Assembly (NCBI GenBank): GCA_045537905.1
Contig: JAZSQJ010000045.1
Location: 1 to 63,803, forward strand
Source: Eubacteriales bacterium
GTDB taxonomy: Bacteria > Bacillota > Clostridia > Oscillospirales > CAG-382
Direction of reading: 5' to 3'
DNA: 63,803 bases
How positions within the stretch are numbered: the first letter of the stretch is position 1; the number at the start of each line of letters is the position of its first letter. The notes beneath the pieces were generated by a model. It had not been told where the DNA came from and ran no database searches. It worked only from the letters and a program-made list of their open reading frames with translations. Made by a program: the position numbers and the translations under genes. Shown in pieces: positions 37,914 through 46,402 of this stretch.

Positions 37914-39821
37914 TTAAGCCGCCAAGACCTTGATAACGCAAAGGCTCATATCGTCTTTTCTGCCTGTGCGTTTCACTGCCTCCGCAAGTAACTCGTTGGC
38001 AATTTCCGAGCTACCCGTACCTGCCCCTATACTAAGCAGTGCGGCGGCGGTTTCCTTAACCTCTCCGTCACCGCAAATGCCGTCGGAAAGCATTACTATA
38101 ACGTCTCCTGCCTTTAAGGAAAAGGATATTTGCTTTGCACTTATATCCCTGATAATGCCCGGGGGTGCCGTAGCACTTTCCAGGCATTGATACTTACCGC
38201 CCCTCATCAGTATGGAGGGTGCGGCGCCTGCCTTCATCAGCACAGCCTTGCCCGTGTATAAATCTGCCTCAAGCAGGTCAACCGTGGCAAAAACCTCCGT
38301 ATCTCTGGAGGCAAGATAGCCGTTAAGCAGGGAAAGGGTACTGTACCTGTCAGCTCCTGCCAAAAGCAGCTTTTCCAAAAACACCCCTGCTATGCGGGAG
38401 CTTGCCGCCGCCTCCTTGCCGCTACCCATACCGTCGCTTATCAAGGAGTAAAAGTAGCCGTTGCCGCTGAAAAAGCTTACGGTGTCTCCACTGGTTTTCT
38501 CCCCCTTTTTACAAAGGGTATTGCGTGAGCATTCGATGCGGTAAAGGGGCGCACTTTCTATATAAAGGTTAGCCTTCCCTTGCTTCAGCGTAAAGCGGGG
38601 CTGCTTCATTCTGCCTCCCAGTATACTGCCAAGCAGCTCCTTTAGCTGGTCTGAGGACAGGCTAAGGCGGTCGATGGCAATGCCCTCTGCTTCAATTCTT
38701 TTTCGTCTGCCACCCTTTACCCGTATGCTTTCAGCGTGGAGCCCGGCACCGCCCAGCACCACTGCCGTTTTTGTGTACAGCTCTCCGTCCTCCTCCTCGT
38801 CCTGCTCCTCCCTGCGCTTTGCCCTTTGCAACAAAGTAGAAAAGTTTTGGTAATCGTCGGCGGCTCTTACCGCGCTCTCCTTATCTCCTGCCGCAAGTAG
38901 AGCACTTTCCGCCAGCTCCGAAAAAGCCAGCGCAAAGGAAGGCGTAGTGCTTTTTTCGGTGCTATCCTTGTTTTTTGGATAGTGGTCGGGCAAAAAATGC
39001 AGTCGCTGACCAAAGGTAAAAAAGCATATACCGCCCGTAATAAAGCATAGTATAATATAGGGCACGGCAGAGGCACCGTAGAAATAAAGTCCCGTACAAA
39101 GACCTGCCACACAGCCCATAGGCACGGCAAGCCTTCCACCAAAGGGAAACAAAAGCCCCGTGCAAAGTCCGCAAATAGCCGCCGTAGCACCGTAGCCTGC
39201 TCCGCAGGACAGTCCCAGGCAAAAGCCGAAGAAGCCGCCGCAAAGCATACCTCCGTCCCTTGCGGCAACAAGGCTTATAAGTATTACCGATACCAGAACA
39301 GGTGCCTTAAAGGGCAGGGTGTTTACCAAAAACAAAGCAAGGCTGACCATAAGGGCGGCAAGCCCTGCCTGCCTTGCGGCGGTAGCGCAGTTGTCCTCGG
39401 GGCAAAGGTAAAGGCTGTACAAAAAGGAGAATATAGGCACCAGAGACAAAGCGGCAATACCCTGTGCCAAGCCGTAGATTCCCCCGTCAATGCGGGCAAA
39501 GCACAGCAGTGCCGCCGCCACTGCCCCTACGCATAGCTTGATTATAGGACTGTTTGCCTGTTGACCAAGCAAGCGTTTGAAGGCAAACAACGCAACGGCA
39601 ACGGCTATCCCAAGAGCACCGCCTCCGTTTATAAGACAGCAGAGGCAAAGGCTGACAAAGGACGCGAAAACCCAATTGTTGCTTGCTATAAAAAAGGCAA
39701 AGCCAAAGGGATAGAGAGAGTAGGCAGGGGTAAGCCCTAAAGCCAAGGTAAGACCGGCGGCTAACAGCGTCTCCCTGTATTCTTTTATGCTTTTACCTAT
39801 GTAACGGATTTTTTCTGCCAT
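37914..39821 (-). CDS. spoIIE: SpoIIE-like membrane PP2C phosphatase with a shortened central domain
   Basis: About 10 TMs with the LYPFGFAF motif; SGD, ISDGMGSG, FATVD, KAGAAPS, SDGI, DDMS. Confidence 0.75.
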   Translation of the reverse strand: MAEKIRYIGKSIKEYRETLLAAGLTLALGLTPAYSLYPFGFAFFIASNNWVFASFVSLCLCCLINGGGALGIAVAVALFAFKRLLGQQANSPIIKLCVGAVAAALLCFARIDGGIYGLAQGIAALSLVPIFSFLYSLYLCPEDNCATAARQAGLAALMVSLALFLVNTLPFKAPVLVSVILISLVAARDGGMLCGGFFGFCLGLSCGAGYGATAAICGLCTGLLFPFGGRLAVPMGCVAGLCTGLYFYGASAVPYIILCFITGGICFFTFGQRLHFLPDHYPKNKDSTEKSTTPSFALAFSELAESALLAAGDKESAVRAADDYQNFSTLLQRAKRREEQDEEEDGELYTKTAVVLGGAGLHAESIRVKGGRRKRIEAEGIAIDRLSLSSDQLKELLGSILGGRMKQPRFTLKQGKANLYIESAPLYRIECSRNTLCKKGEKTSGDTVSFFSGNGYFYSLISDGMGSGKEAAASSRIAGVFLEKLLLAGADRYSTLSLLNGYLASRDTEVFATVDLLEADLYTGKAVLMKAGAAPSILMRGGKYQCLESATAPPGIIRDISAKQISFSLKAGDVIVMLSDGICGDGEVKETAAALLSIGAGTGSSEIANELLAEAVKRTGRKDDMSLCVIKVLAA

Positions 39822-39849
39822 AAAACCACCTCTTAAATATGGTGATTTT

Positions 39850-39883
39850 ATTATAACAGGCAGTATTTTACACCTTTGTCGAT
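39850..39883 (-). promoter_or_regulatory. spoIIE-type promoter with a Spo0A-box-like site at -35
   Basis: Minus strand TCGACA-21 nt-TATAAT; + strand TGTCGAT versus 0A consensus TGNCGAA. Confidence 0.5.
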
Positions 39884-39958
39884 ATCTCTTGTTGTGTTTT
39901 TGGTTTTTATAAGGTATAATAGGGATATAAATAAAAAAAGAAAGAATGTTGTAGAAAA

Positions 39959-40900
39959 ATGAAAAGAGCTTTATGTATATTACTAAGCCTTATAATGTGT
40001 GTTTCCCTTGCAGCCTGTAAATCGGATGCCGACGGCGGTGGCTGTACCCCTCTTATGTACAAGGTCAGCGACGGTAAGGGAGCTACCCTTTATCTCCTTG
40101 GCTCCATCCACGTAGGGGACAAGCGTACCCGTAATATGCCCGACTACGTAATGGACGCCTACAGCTCCAGCAGCTATCTTTGCGTGGAGGCAAACATCGT
40201 GGCATACGAAAAGGACCTGGAGGCACAGATGCGTGACCTTAAAACGATGGAGTGTGCCAAGGGCAAAAGCATCAAGGACCATTTGGGCAGGGAGCTGTAT
40301 GGCAGAGCAAGGGCATTGCTTGAAAGGGAAGGGCTTTACAGTGAGATGTATGATAGGTACGTACCTGCCCTGTGGTCGTCTCTCGTTGACGAAGCTACCC
40401 GTAGCAGAACCGAGCTTGACACCGAGTACGGCGTGGACAGGTTTTTTATAAACAAAGCCGTAAAGGACGGCAAGGAGATTAAGGAGGTAGAGTCGGTAGA
40501 GTTTCAAAACCGCCTTACCCTAAGCTTTTCTGACGAGCTGTACCGTCTTTTGATATCCAACAGCATAGAGACCTTTGATCTGGGCCCTGCGGCACTGGAG
40601 TATACCTACGAGATATGGCTGGGCGGTGACGAGGCAGAGCTTACCGAGATGCTTAAGCTGGATTACACGGGACTTAGCAAAAGGGAGGAATGGCTTTGCC
40701 GCCAGTACAACCGGGCAATGCTTGAGGACCGCAATATAGGTATGGCAGACAAGGCGGAGGAATACCTGGCAGAGGGAGGCACGGGCTTTTACGTAGTAGG
40801 TGCCGCCCATATAGTAGGGGAGGGTGCCTTGGTAGAGCTGCTTCGCAAGAGAGGCTACAGCGTAGAAAAGGTAAAATACGGTTTTAATGCAACTGAATAA
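39959..40900 (+). CDS. TraB/GumN family lipoprotein
   Basis: Lipobox LAAC; YLLGSIH, GVD, ESVEFQ, RN, VGAAH. Confidence 0.85.
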   Translation: MKRALCILLSLIMCVSLAACKSDADGGGCTPLMYKVSDGKGATLYLLGSIHVGDKRTRNMPDYVMDAYSSSSYLCVEANIVAYEKDLEAQMRDLKTMECAKGKSIKDHLGRELYGRARALLEREGLYSEMYDRYVPALWSSLVDEATRSRTELDTEYGVDRFFINKAVKDGKEIKEVESVEFQNRLTLSFSDELYRLLISNSIETFDLGPAALEYTYEIWLGGDEAELTEMLKLDYTGLSKREEWLCRQYNRAMLEDRNIGMADKAEEYLAEGGTGFYVVGAAHIVGEGALVELLRKRGYSVEKVKYGFNATE

Positions 40901-41048
40901 CCTAATACAACGGTGCGTGACGAACAAATCACGCACTGTTGTATTTTTACAAGTTCATATTGACAAAGCTGGTTTACTGTGATAAACTGCAACCGAGGTT
41001 TGTAGCGTCAAACCTATTTTTGAAGTAATATATAAGGAGGAGAAGAGC

Positions 41049-42641
41049 ATGAAAAAGCTCATATCGTTTGTTTTGGTAATGCTGTTTGTTTTATCCTTTG
41101 CTTCCTGTGGGACAGATAAAACGGAAAACAGTGATGATGTTTCTGTTGCTTCCGGAGAGGAAAGTTTTATAAGTGAAGAATCTTCTTTAGAAACAACAGA
41201 AGAAACTACAGAGGAAACAAGTGAGGAAAGTGAAGCTTCTACAGAGTCCTCCGAGGAAGCACTACCGGAAAACACTATGTTTGTAGTCCGTGCCCCTAAC
41301 AAAGCAACCATATCTGCAGGACACAAAGACAAGGTAACCGTTAGTTACAACAAACAAACGGGAAAATACTATGCGTCAGCACCAAACAGGCATGGTGATG
41401 GTGAGGTTTATACTTCAAAAGAGGACCGTGCCAAGGAATTGGGAGAGTTTGTTTTTTCTCCCCGATACAAAAGTATAGTAGACTCACCCCAAGACCTTTC
41501 TTTTTACGGTCTTGACAGCGATGAAAACGCCACGGCTGTAATATCCGTGAAGGGCAAAGATAACTTTGAAAAACGCATACGAATAGGTAACAAGACCGAG
41601 GACGGATACTTTGCCGCTTGTGACGACGGAGACGGAAATTACGGCACCAGGGTTTACGTAGTGGACAACAATGCAGACATTGTTACAAAGCCCATAGAGT
41701 ATTTTGTAAACAGTCACTACAGACCAAGAGTTTTTGATGTTTACCACGTGTTTTATGATATGCCAAGCATGGTTATAGAAACCCCCGAGGAAAAGTATAA
41801 TATTTCCTACCTTACTCCCGAGGAGAGGGCAAACCACACGGTAAGCGATGCGTGGAAGCTTACTTCTCCCGAGGTTTATTTTCCTGCCGGTCAGGACTAC
41901 GCTCTTTGCGATGCTACCTATTTAAGCAAGCTGTTTTACAGTATTTGTAATCTTAGCTGTGAAAATGTGGAAATTCTTTTCCCCGAGAAAGAAGATATGG
42001 CAAAATACGGCTTGGATAAGGCGTACCGTCATTACGGCTTTAGAATAAGTGTTGCGTATCTGGATATCTATATGACAAAGCCGGATGAAAACGGTAATAT
42101 GTACATCGGCGGAGAAAGAGAGCAGGCGGAAGGCTTGGATGTTTACAGCAGCTGCTATCTTCCCATAGGCGTTATAAATATAAAGGATTTTGTGTATGTA
42201 AACGACACAACGTTTAGCTTTATAGACGATCGACTTATTACAAAAGACTTTAGCGAGGTTACTTCCATTACCTTGGAGCTAAATGGTGAGAGCCATCTGA
42301 TAGATTTTGTTGAGGATGACAACGGTTACCGCTGTCCAAGGCTTAACGGCGTGGCAGAAAGCCATTACGATAATACGTCTAAGCTTTATAATTGGGGCAT
42401 CAAAGCTAGTATTACAGGCGTTTATACAGGAGCTTTGCCTAAGGATTTTGACATTAGCGCTACCATAAACTACGGTGATAAATCGGTTTTCATCCAATAT
42501 AAGTACGATGAAGAAAAGGTGGGGAACTACACCGGTATATGTGTAGTGGACGGCAAAAAGGCTTATACGATAGACTGTGGCTATGATAGGTTACAGGACT
42601 TGCTTGAGACGATGCTGAAAGGTGAATTTATACCCGATTAG
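41049..42641 (+). CDS. Lipoprotein with Glu/Ser-rich linker, DUF4340-like domains
   Basis: Lipobox FASC; DLSFYGLD and DMAKYGLD repeats; IGNKT. Confidence 0.6.
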   Translation: MKKLISFVLVMLFVLSFASCGTDKTENSDDVSVASGEESFISEESSLETTEETTEETSEESEASTESSEEALPENTMFVVRAPNKATISAGHKDKVTVSYNKQTGKYYASAPNRHGDGEVYTSKEDRAKELGEFVFSPRYKSIVDSPQDLSFYGLDSDENATAVISVKGKDNFEKRIRIGNKTEDGYFAACDDGDGNYGTRVYVVDNNADIVTKPIEYFVNSHYRPRVFDVYHVFYDMPSMVIETPEEKYNISYLTPEERANHTVSDAWKLTSPEVYFPAGQDYALCDATYLSKLFYSICNLSCENVEILFPEKEDMAKYGLDKAYRHYGFRISVAYLDIYMTKPDENGNMYIGGEREQAEGLDVYSSCYLPIGVINIKDFVYVNDTTFSFIDDRLITKDFSEVTSITLELNGESHLIDFVEDDNGYRCPRLNGVAESHYDNTSKLYNWGIKASITGVYTGALPKDFDISATINYGDKSVFIQYKYDEEKVGNYTGICVVDGKKAYTIDCGYDRLQDLLETMLKGEFIPD

Positions 42642-42702
42642 TTATATACAAAAAAGCTCACGCTTGAGAAAAATTCAAGTGTGAGCTTTTAATTTGTCTT
42701 TT

Positions 42703-43383
42703 TTATCTGTAAACAATCTCTACCAAGCCCATGGTGTTTTTGCCCTCTATAAAGAGGGTAGGGCCTGCGGGGTTGCAGCCGCCATCGTTTTCAACAACGC
42801 TTATAAAGCCACTAAGGTTGTTTTCTACGTTCCAGTTTTTGGGTACGATAACCTCAATGTGTCCCATATAATTTTCGGCTCTGAGCACGCCCTTGCCTTT
42901 ATATTCATCGGTGTTTTCAAAGCTTATCTCGGTGGCGCCCCAACGGTTTTTTACCAAGGCCTCGTCGAAGGTAGAGGCATCAATAAACTTTTTAGATTCA
43001 CCAAACCTGTTTACCGTAAGCTTTTCGGTGTTGCCGATGCTGTGCTTTTTTGTAAATATCAGGGAAAAGCCTATCATTAAAAGAACGGTGCAGCCTAAAA
43101 GCAGCCAATTGTTTATTATATTGGTATCGGGGCTATTTGCCATATATGCAATATTTGGCTCCAACAGCATAAAGGACAGAGACAAGCTCATAATGAACCA
43201 CGAGCTTAACGAGGATAGCTGATATACTGCCAGGCACACAAGCAAAAGCACGCCGCTTATACGCCAAAAGGATATTTCACCAAAGGCACCGGACAGGGCA
43301 GGTATTACCCCTGCGGCGTCCAGTATAAGAAGCACTGCAACGGCGACAAATAACAATCCTGCCATAATTCTTTTTATTCTCAT
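42703..43383 (-). CDS. LiaF-like membrane protein (4 TM + beta 'toastrack' domain), probable LytTR partner
   Basis: Four TMs followed by FGE../WGATEI/MGHIEVIVP..W/MGLVEI repeats. Confidence 0.7.
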   Translation of the reverse strand: MRIKRIMAGLLFVAVAVLLILDAAGVIPALSGAFGEISFWRISGVLLLVCLAVYQLSSLSSWFIMSLSLSFMLLEPNIAYMANSPDTNIINNWLLLGCTVLLMIGFSLIFTKKHSIGNTEKLTVNRFGESKKFIDASTFDEALVKNRWGATEISFENTDEYKGKGVLRAENYMGHIEVIVPKNWNVENNLSGFISVVENDGGCNPAGPTLFIEGKNTMGLVEIVYR

Positions 43384-43403
43384 AGTATTATCTCCTTTCA
43401 AAA

Positions 43404-43856
43404 TCAAAGCCGTATTTCTTTTATTTTTTCTTTAAGTCTGCTGTGGTAACTGCGTGAAAAGTAGGTCTTTTTGTCGCCGGACTTAAAGCAAAGCTCTCCT
43501 CCGCCCATAAGCTCACGGCGTAGGGAGGATATCTGCTTTACGTTTACTATAACGGATTTGGATACCCTTACAAAATAGTTGGGCAACAAGTCCTCCAGCT
43601 CAAACAGCCTGTGCTCGGTTTTAAGCATACGGTCGGCGGTGTGGGCGTAAACGGTGTTTCCCTCGGCTTCAAAAAACAAAATCTCAGCTTTGTTTACGTA
43701 ATGCTCCGTGCCCTTGGAGAACAAAACCAGCTCACACTTTTCGTTGAGGGCGGTGTTGATCAGCTTTTCCAGCGCAATTATTTCGTCAGTCCGCTTGCGG
43801 CACTTGATAATAATAAGCTCGTCACCGTTGTCACATATTTCTGTTTTAAGCTCCAT
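43404..43856 (-). CDS. Stand-alone LytTR transcriptional regulator
   Basis: ILFFE, LFELEDLLP..FVRVSKSVIVN, SRSY; no receiver domain. Confidence 0.9.
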   Translation of the reverse strand: MELKTEICDNGDELIIIKCRKRTDEIIALEKLINTALNEKCELVLFSKGTEHYVNKAEILFFEAEGNTVYAHTADRMLKTEHRLFELEDLLPNYFVRVSKSVIVNVKQISSLRRELMGGGELCFKSGDKKTYFSRSYHSRLKEKIKEIRL

Positions 43857-43883
43857 TGCCCCACCCCCTTTGTTTGTGTTTTT

Positions 43884-43952
43884 ATTATAGCATCCTTAAA
43901 AGGGCTTGTAAATAGATTTTGATAAGAGGTAGATTTTTGATGATAACAGGTA
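43884..43952 (-). promoter_or_regulatory. Promoter with LytTR-type direct repeats
   Basis: Minus strand TACCTGTTATCA and TACCTCTTATCA at a 21-bp period, just upstream of TTTACA-17-TATAAT. Confidence 0.65.
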
Positions 43953-44013
43953 ATAATTACGGTAAAAGCAGTGCTGTGTCAAATCAATTCCGAGTTGACA
44001 CAGCACCTTTTTA

Positions 44014-44847
44014 TTATACTTCGTTATAAATAACAGATTTGGCAACGCCCCTGTCCTTGGCGGTTTTCTTGATGGCGTCCATTTTTGAAAAGCCAAGAGC
44101 TTGATAATGGGCAACGTGGGTGGGTATATCCATATCCGCCCAGAAGGCGTTATCGTTGGCGGCACTGCCGTCAGAGCCCTCCAGCACTAAAGCAAGCTCG
44201 CCCTTTTGGGGGATAACACCCTTTTCAATCAGCTCTGCCGCTTCCCTCAGGGTGGTAAAGCAAATCTGCTCGTTTGCCTTGGTAAGCTCCCTGGTAACGG
44301 TAAGACGGCGGTTGCCAAGGGTCTCGTACATCTCCTTCACATCCTTAAGCAGGTCGTGGGGAGTGCTGTATATCACCGCAGTACGCTCCTCGGTAAGGAG
44401 GGCGGCAAGCCGCTCCTTACGCTCCTTGCCCTTATCGGGTAAAAAGCCCTCAAATACAAAGCGGCGGCTGGGCAGTCCCGAGGCGGACAAAGCACAAACG
44501 GCGGCGCAAGGTCCTGCCAGGGGTACAACCGTAACACCCTCCTTATGGCATTGATAAACCAGCACCTCACCGGGGTCGGAGATAGCGGGGGTGCCTGCAT
44601 CGCTTATCAAAGCACAGCTTTCACCCTTTAACAGCCTGTCGGCAATATATGCGGCACTTTGCTTTTTGTTGTGGTCGTGGTGCTTTACAAGCTCCTTTTT
44701 TATACCTAGCAAAAACAACAGCTTGCCACCCACACGGGTGTCCTCACAGGCAACGAAATCCACGTCGCTAAGCACGGCCTTCATTCGCTCGCTTACGTCT
44801 CCCAGATTGCCGATGGGAGTAGGAACAACATACAATATACCCGTCAT
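44014..44847 (-). CDS. rsmI: 16S rRNA C1402 2'-O-methyltransferase
   Basis: LYVVPTPIGNL, CEDTR, SDAGTPAISDPG, RELTK. Confidence 0.95.
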   Translation of the reverse strand: MTGILYVVPTPIGNLGDVSERMKAVLSDVDFVACEDTRVGGKLLFLLGIKKELVKHHDHNKKQSAAYIADRLLKGESCALISDAGTPAISDPGEVLVYQCHKEGVTVVPLAGPCAAVCALSASGLPSRRFVFEGFLPDKGKERKERLAALLTEERTAVIYSTPHDLLKDVKEMYETLGNRRLTVTRELTKANEQICFTTLREAAELIEKGVIPQKGELALVLEGSDGSAANDNAFWADMDIPTHVAHYQALGFSKMDAIKKTAKDRGVAKSVIYNEV

Positions 44848-46388
44848 ACGTTACTCGCCTTTTTCTTATGTTTTTGACGACGCAGGAACAGATAGAACTT
44901 AGGCATACGGTTAACGAGAAAATCCTTAAGTCCGTTACGCAGGGCGCTGTACTTGTCGTGTATCCAAACCCTGCGCTTGTAGCTGCCCACGCTACGCTGG
45001 GTTATCGCCTTATCAAGCCGCTTTTCCATACGCTCGCCCCGTTTACCGCCCTTGGCAAATGCCTTTTTATACTTCTTTACGTAGTGCATAAAGTACGCCT
45101 CTATAAACAAAACCTCGTGCTCGGGGAAGTCAGGCTGAACAAGGGGCACACGGCAGTCGGGAGAAATAACCTCGGGCAAAAATCCCGCTTCCTTGGCAAT
45201 ATCGTGCAGTCTCGTACCGGGGTAGGGGTAGAAAATGTTGGGTATAACCCTGTCGCTGTTCATTCTTGCGTTAAGCTTGATGGTCTTAAGGGCACGCTCG
45301 ATAGTCTCGTAGGGCAGACCTATGATATTATAGGTAAGCTGAGCGATACCGTACTTATGGAACCACTTACTGCAGTTTATCATCATCTCGTCGGTCTGGA
45401 AACGCTTAAGATACTTAAAGCGTATCTCCTGGTCGCCGCTTTCAAGACCCATATCAATGGTGTAAAATCCTGCTTCCTTCATCTTGCGGACGGTATCCTC
45501 GGTAAGTATATCAAAGCGGATGTTACCCGTACAGGGTAGATGTATCTCTTTTTTATACAGCTCGATAAACTTGTCAAACCAATCGGGGAACATATTGAAG
45601 ATAGCGTCACGGAAATTGATGTACTTTATGTTGGGGTACTTGGAAAGCAGGGTTTTAAGATAAAGTATAGCGTTTTCGGGACTGCGGAAACGGGCGTAAA
45701 TCTTCTTGTTGGGGTATACCTTTCTGAAGTTGCCGTTACCGCAGTAGGTGCAGTTGTAAAAGCAGCCGCGGCTTACGATAACGATAGCGGTGTCCACCTT
45801 AACGCTTTCAAGGTTTTTGTAGTCAAACAGGTCAAAATCGGGTATGGGCAGTCTGTCAAGGTCGGCAAACAGAGGGCGTACAGGGTTTTGCTTGATACTG
45901 CCGTCGGGCATCTTAAACCACTTGCTCTCGATGCTTGTGTAGTCCTCCCCTGCGCTCATCTTATCGCAAAGCTCCAGCTCGGCATACTCGCCGTCACCGA
46001 TAGTAACCGCATCCACACCCTCCACGGCGATAACGTCCTGAGGAACCAGTGTGCAGTGGTAGCTGCCGCAGGTTATAAATACGTTGGGGTAAACCTCTTT
46101 AGTCCACTTAATATACTTTTGACAATCGGGAAAAGCGGTGGTACGGATAGAAAAACCTATAATATCCCACTCACCCGTAGCCTTAAGCTTTGCCTTAAAG
46201 TCAGCCTCCTCGTGCAAATAAAGCAGGTGAAGCAGTCCAACGCTGTGACCGCTTTGCTTAAGTACTGCAGATATAGAGGCAAGACCCTCGCTATAGTTGC
46301 CGCCCGTTTGCTTGGATTTAACGTCCCTGTCGGTGTAGTCGGGATAAACAAGTAAATAGCGTGCCTTTCTGCCTTTCAAATCTATCAT
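44844..46388 (-). CDS. B12-binding domain radical SAM protein, substrate unknown
   Basis: N-terminal cobalamin-binding fold (GLASISAVLK, GSYHCT, GDGE); SRGCFYNCTYC; GLESG; IIGLP.ET; PYPGT. Confidence 0.85.
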   Translation of the reverse strand: MIDLKGRKARYLLVYPDYTDRDVKSKQTGGNYSEGLASISAVLKQSGHSVGLLHLLYLHEEADFKAKLKATGEWDIIGFSIRTTAFPDCQKYIKWTKEVYPNVFITCGSYHCTLVPQDVIAVEGVDAVTIGDGEYAELELCDKMSAGEDYTSIESKWFKMPDGSIKQNPVRPLFADLDRLPIPDFDLFDYKNLESVKVDTAIVIVSRGCFYNCTYCGNGNFRKVYPNKKIYARFRSPENAILYLKTLLSKYPNIKYINFRDAIFNMFPDWFDKFIELYKKEIHLPCTGNIRFDILTEDTVRKMKEAGFYTIDMGLESGDQEIRFKYLKRFQTDEMMINCSKWFHKYGIAQLTYNIIGLPYETIERALKTIKLNARMNSDRVIPNIFYPYPGTRLHDIAKEAGFLPEVISPDCRVPLVQPDFPEHEVLFIEAYFMHYVKKYKKAFAKGGKRGERMEKRLDKAITQRSVGSYKRRVWIHDKYSALRNGLKDFLVNRMPKFYLFLRRQKHKKKASNV

Positions 46389-46402
46389 AATTCTCCGCCT
46401 TT

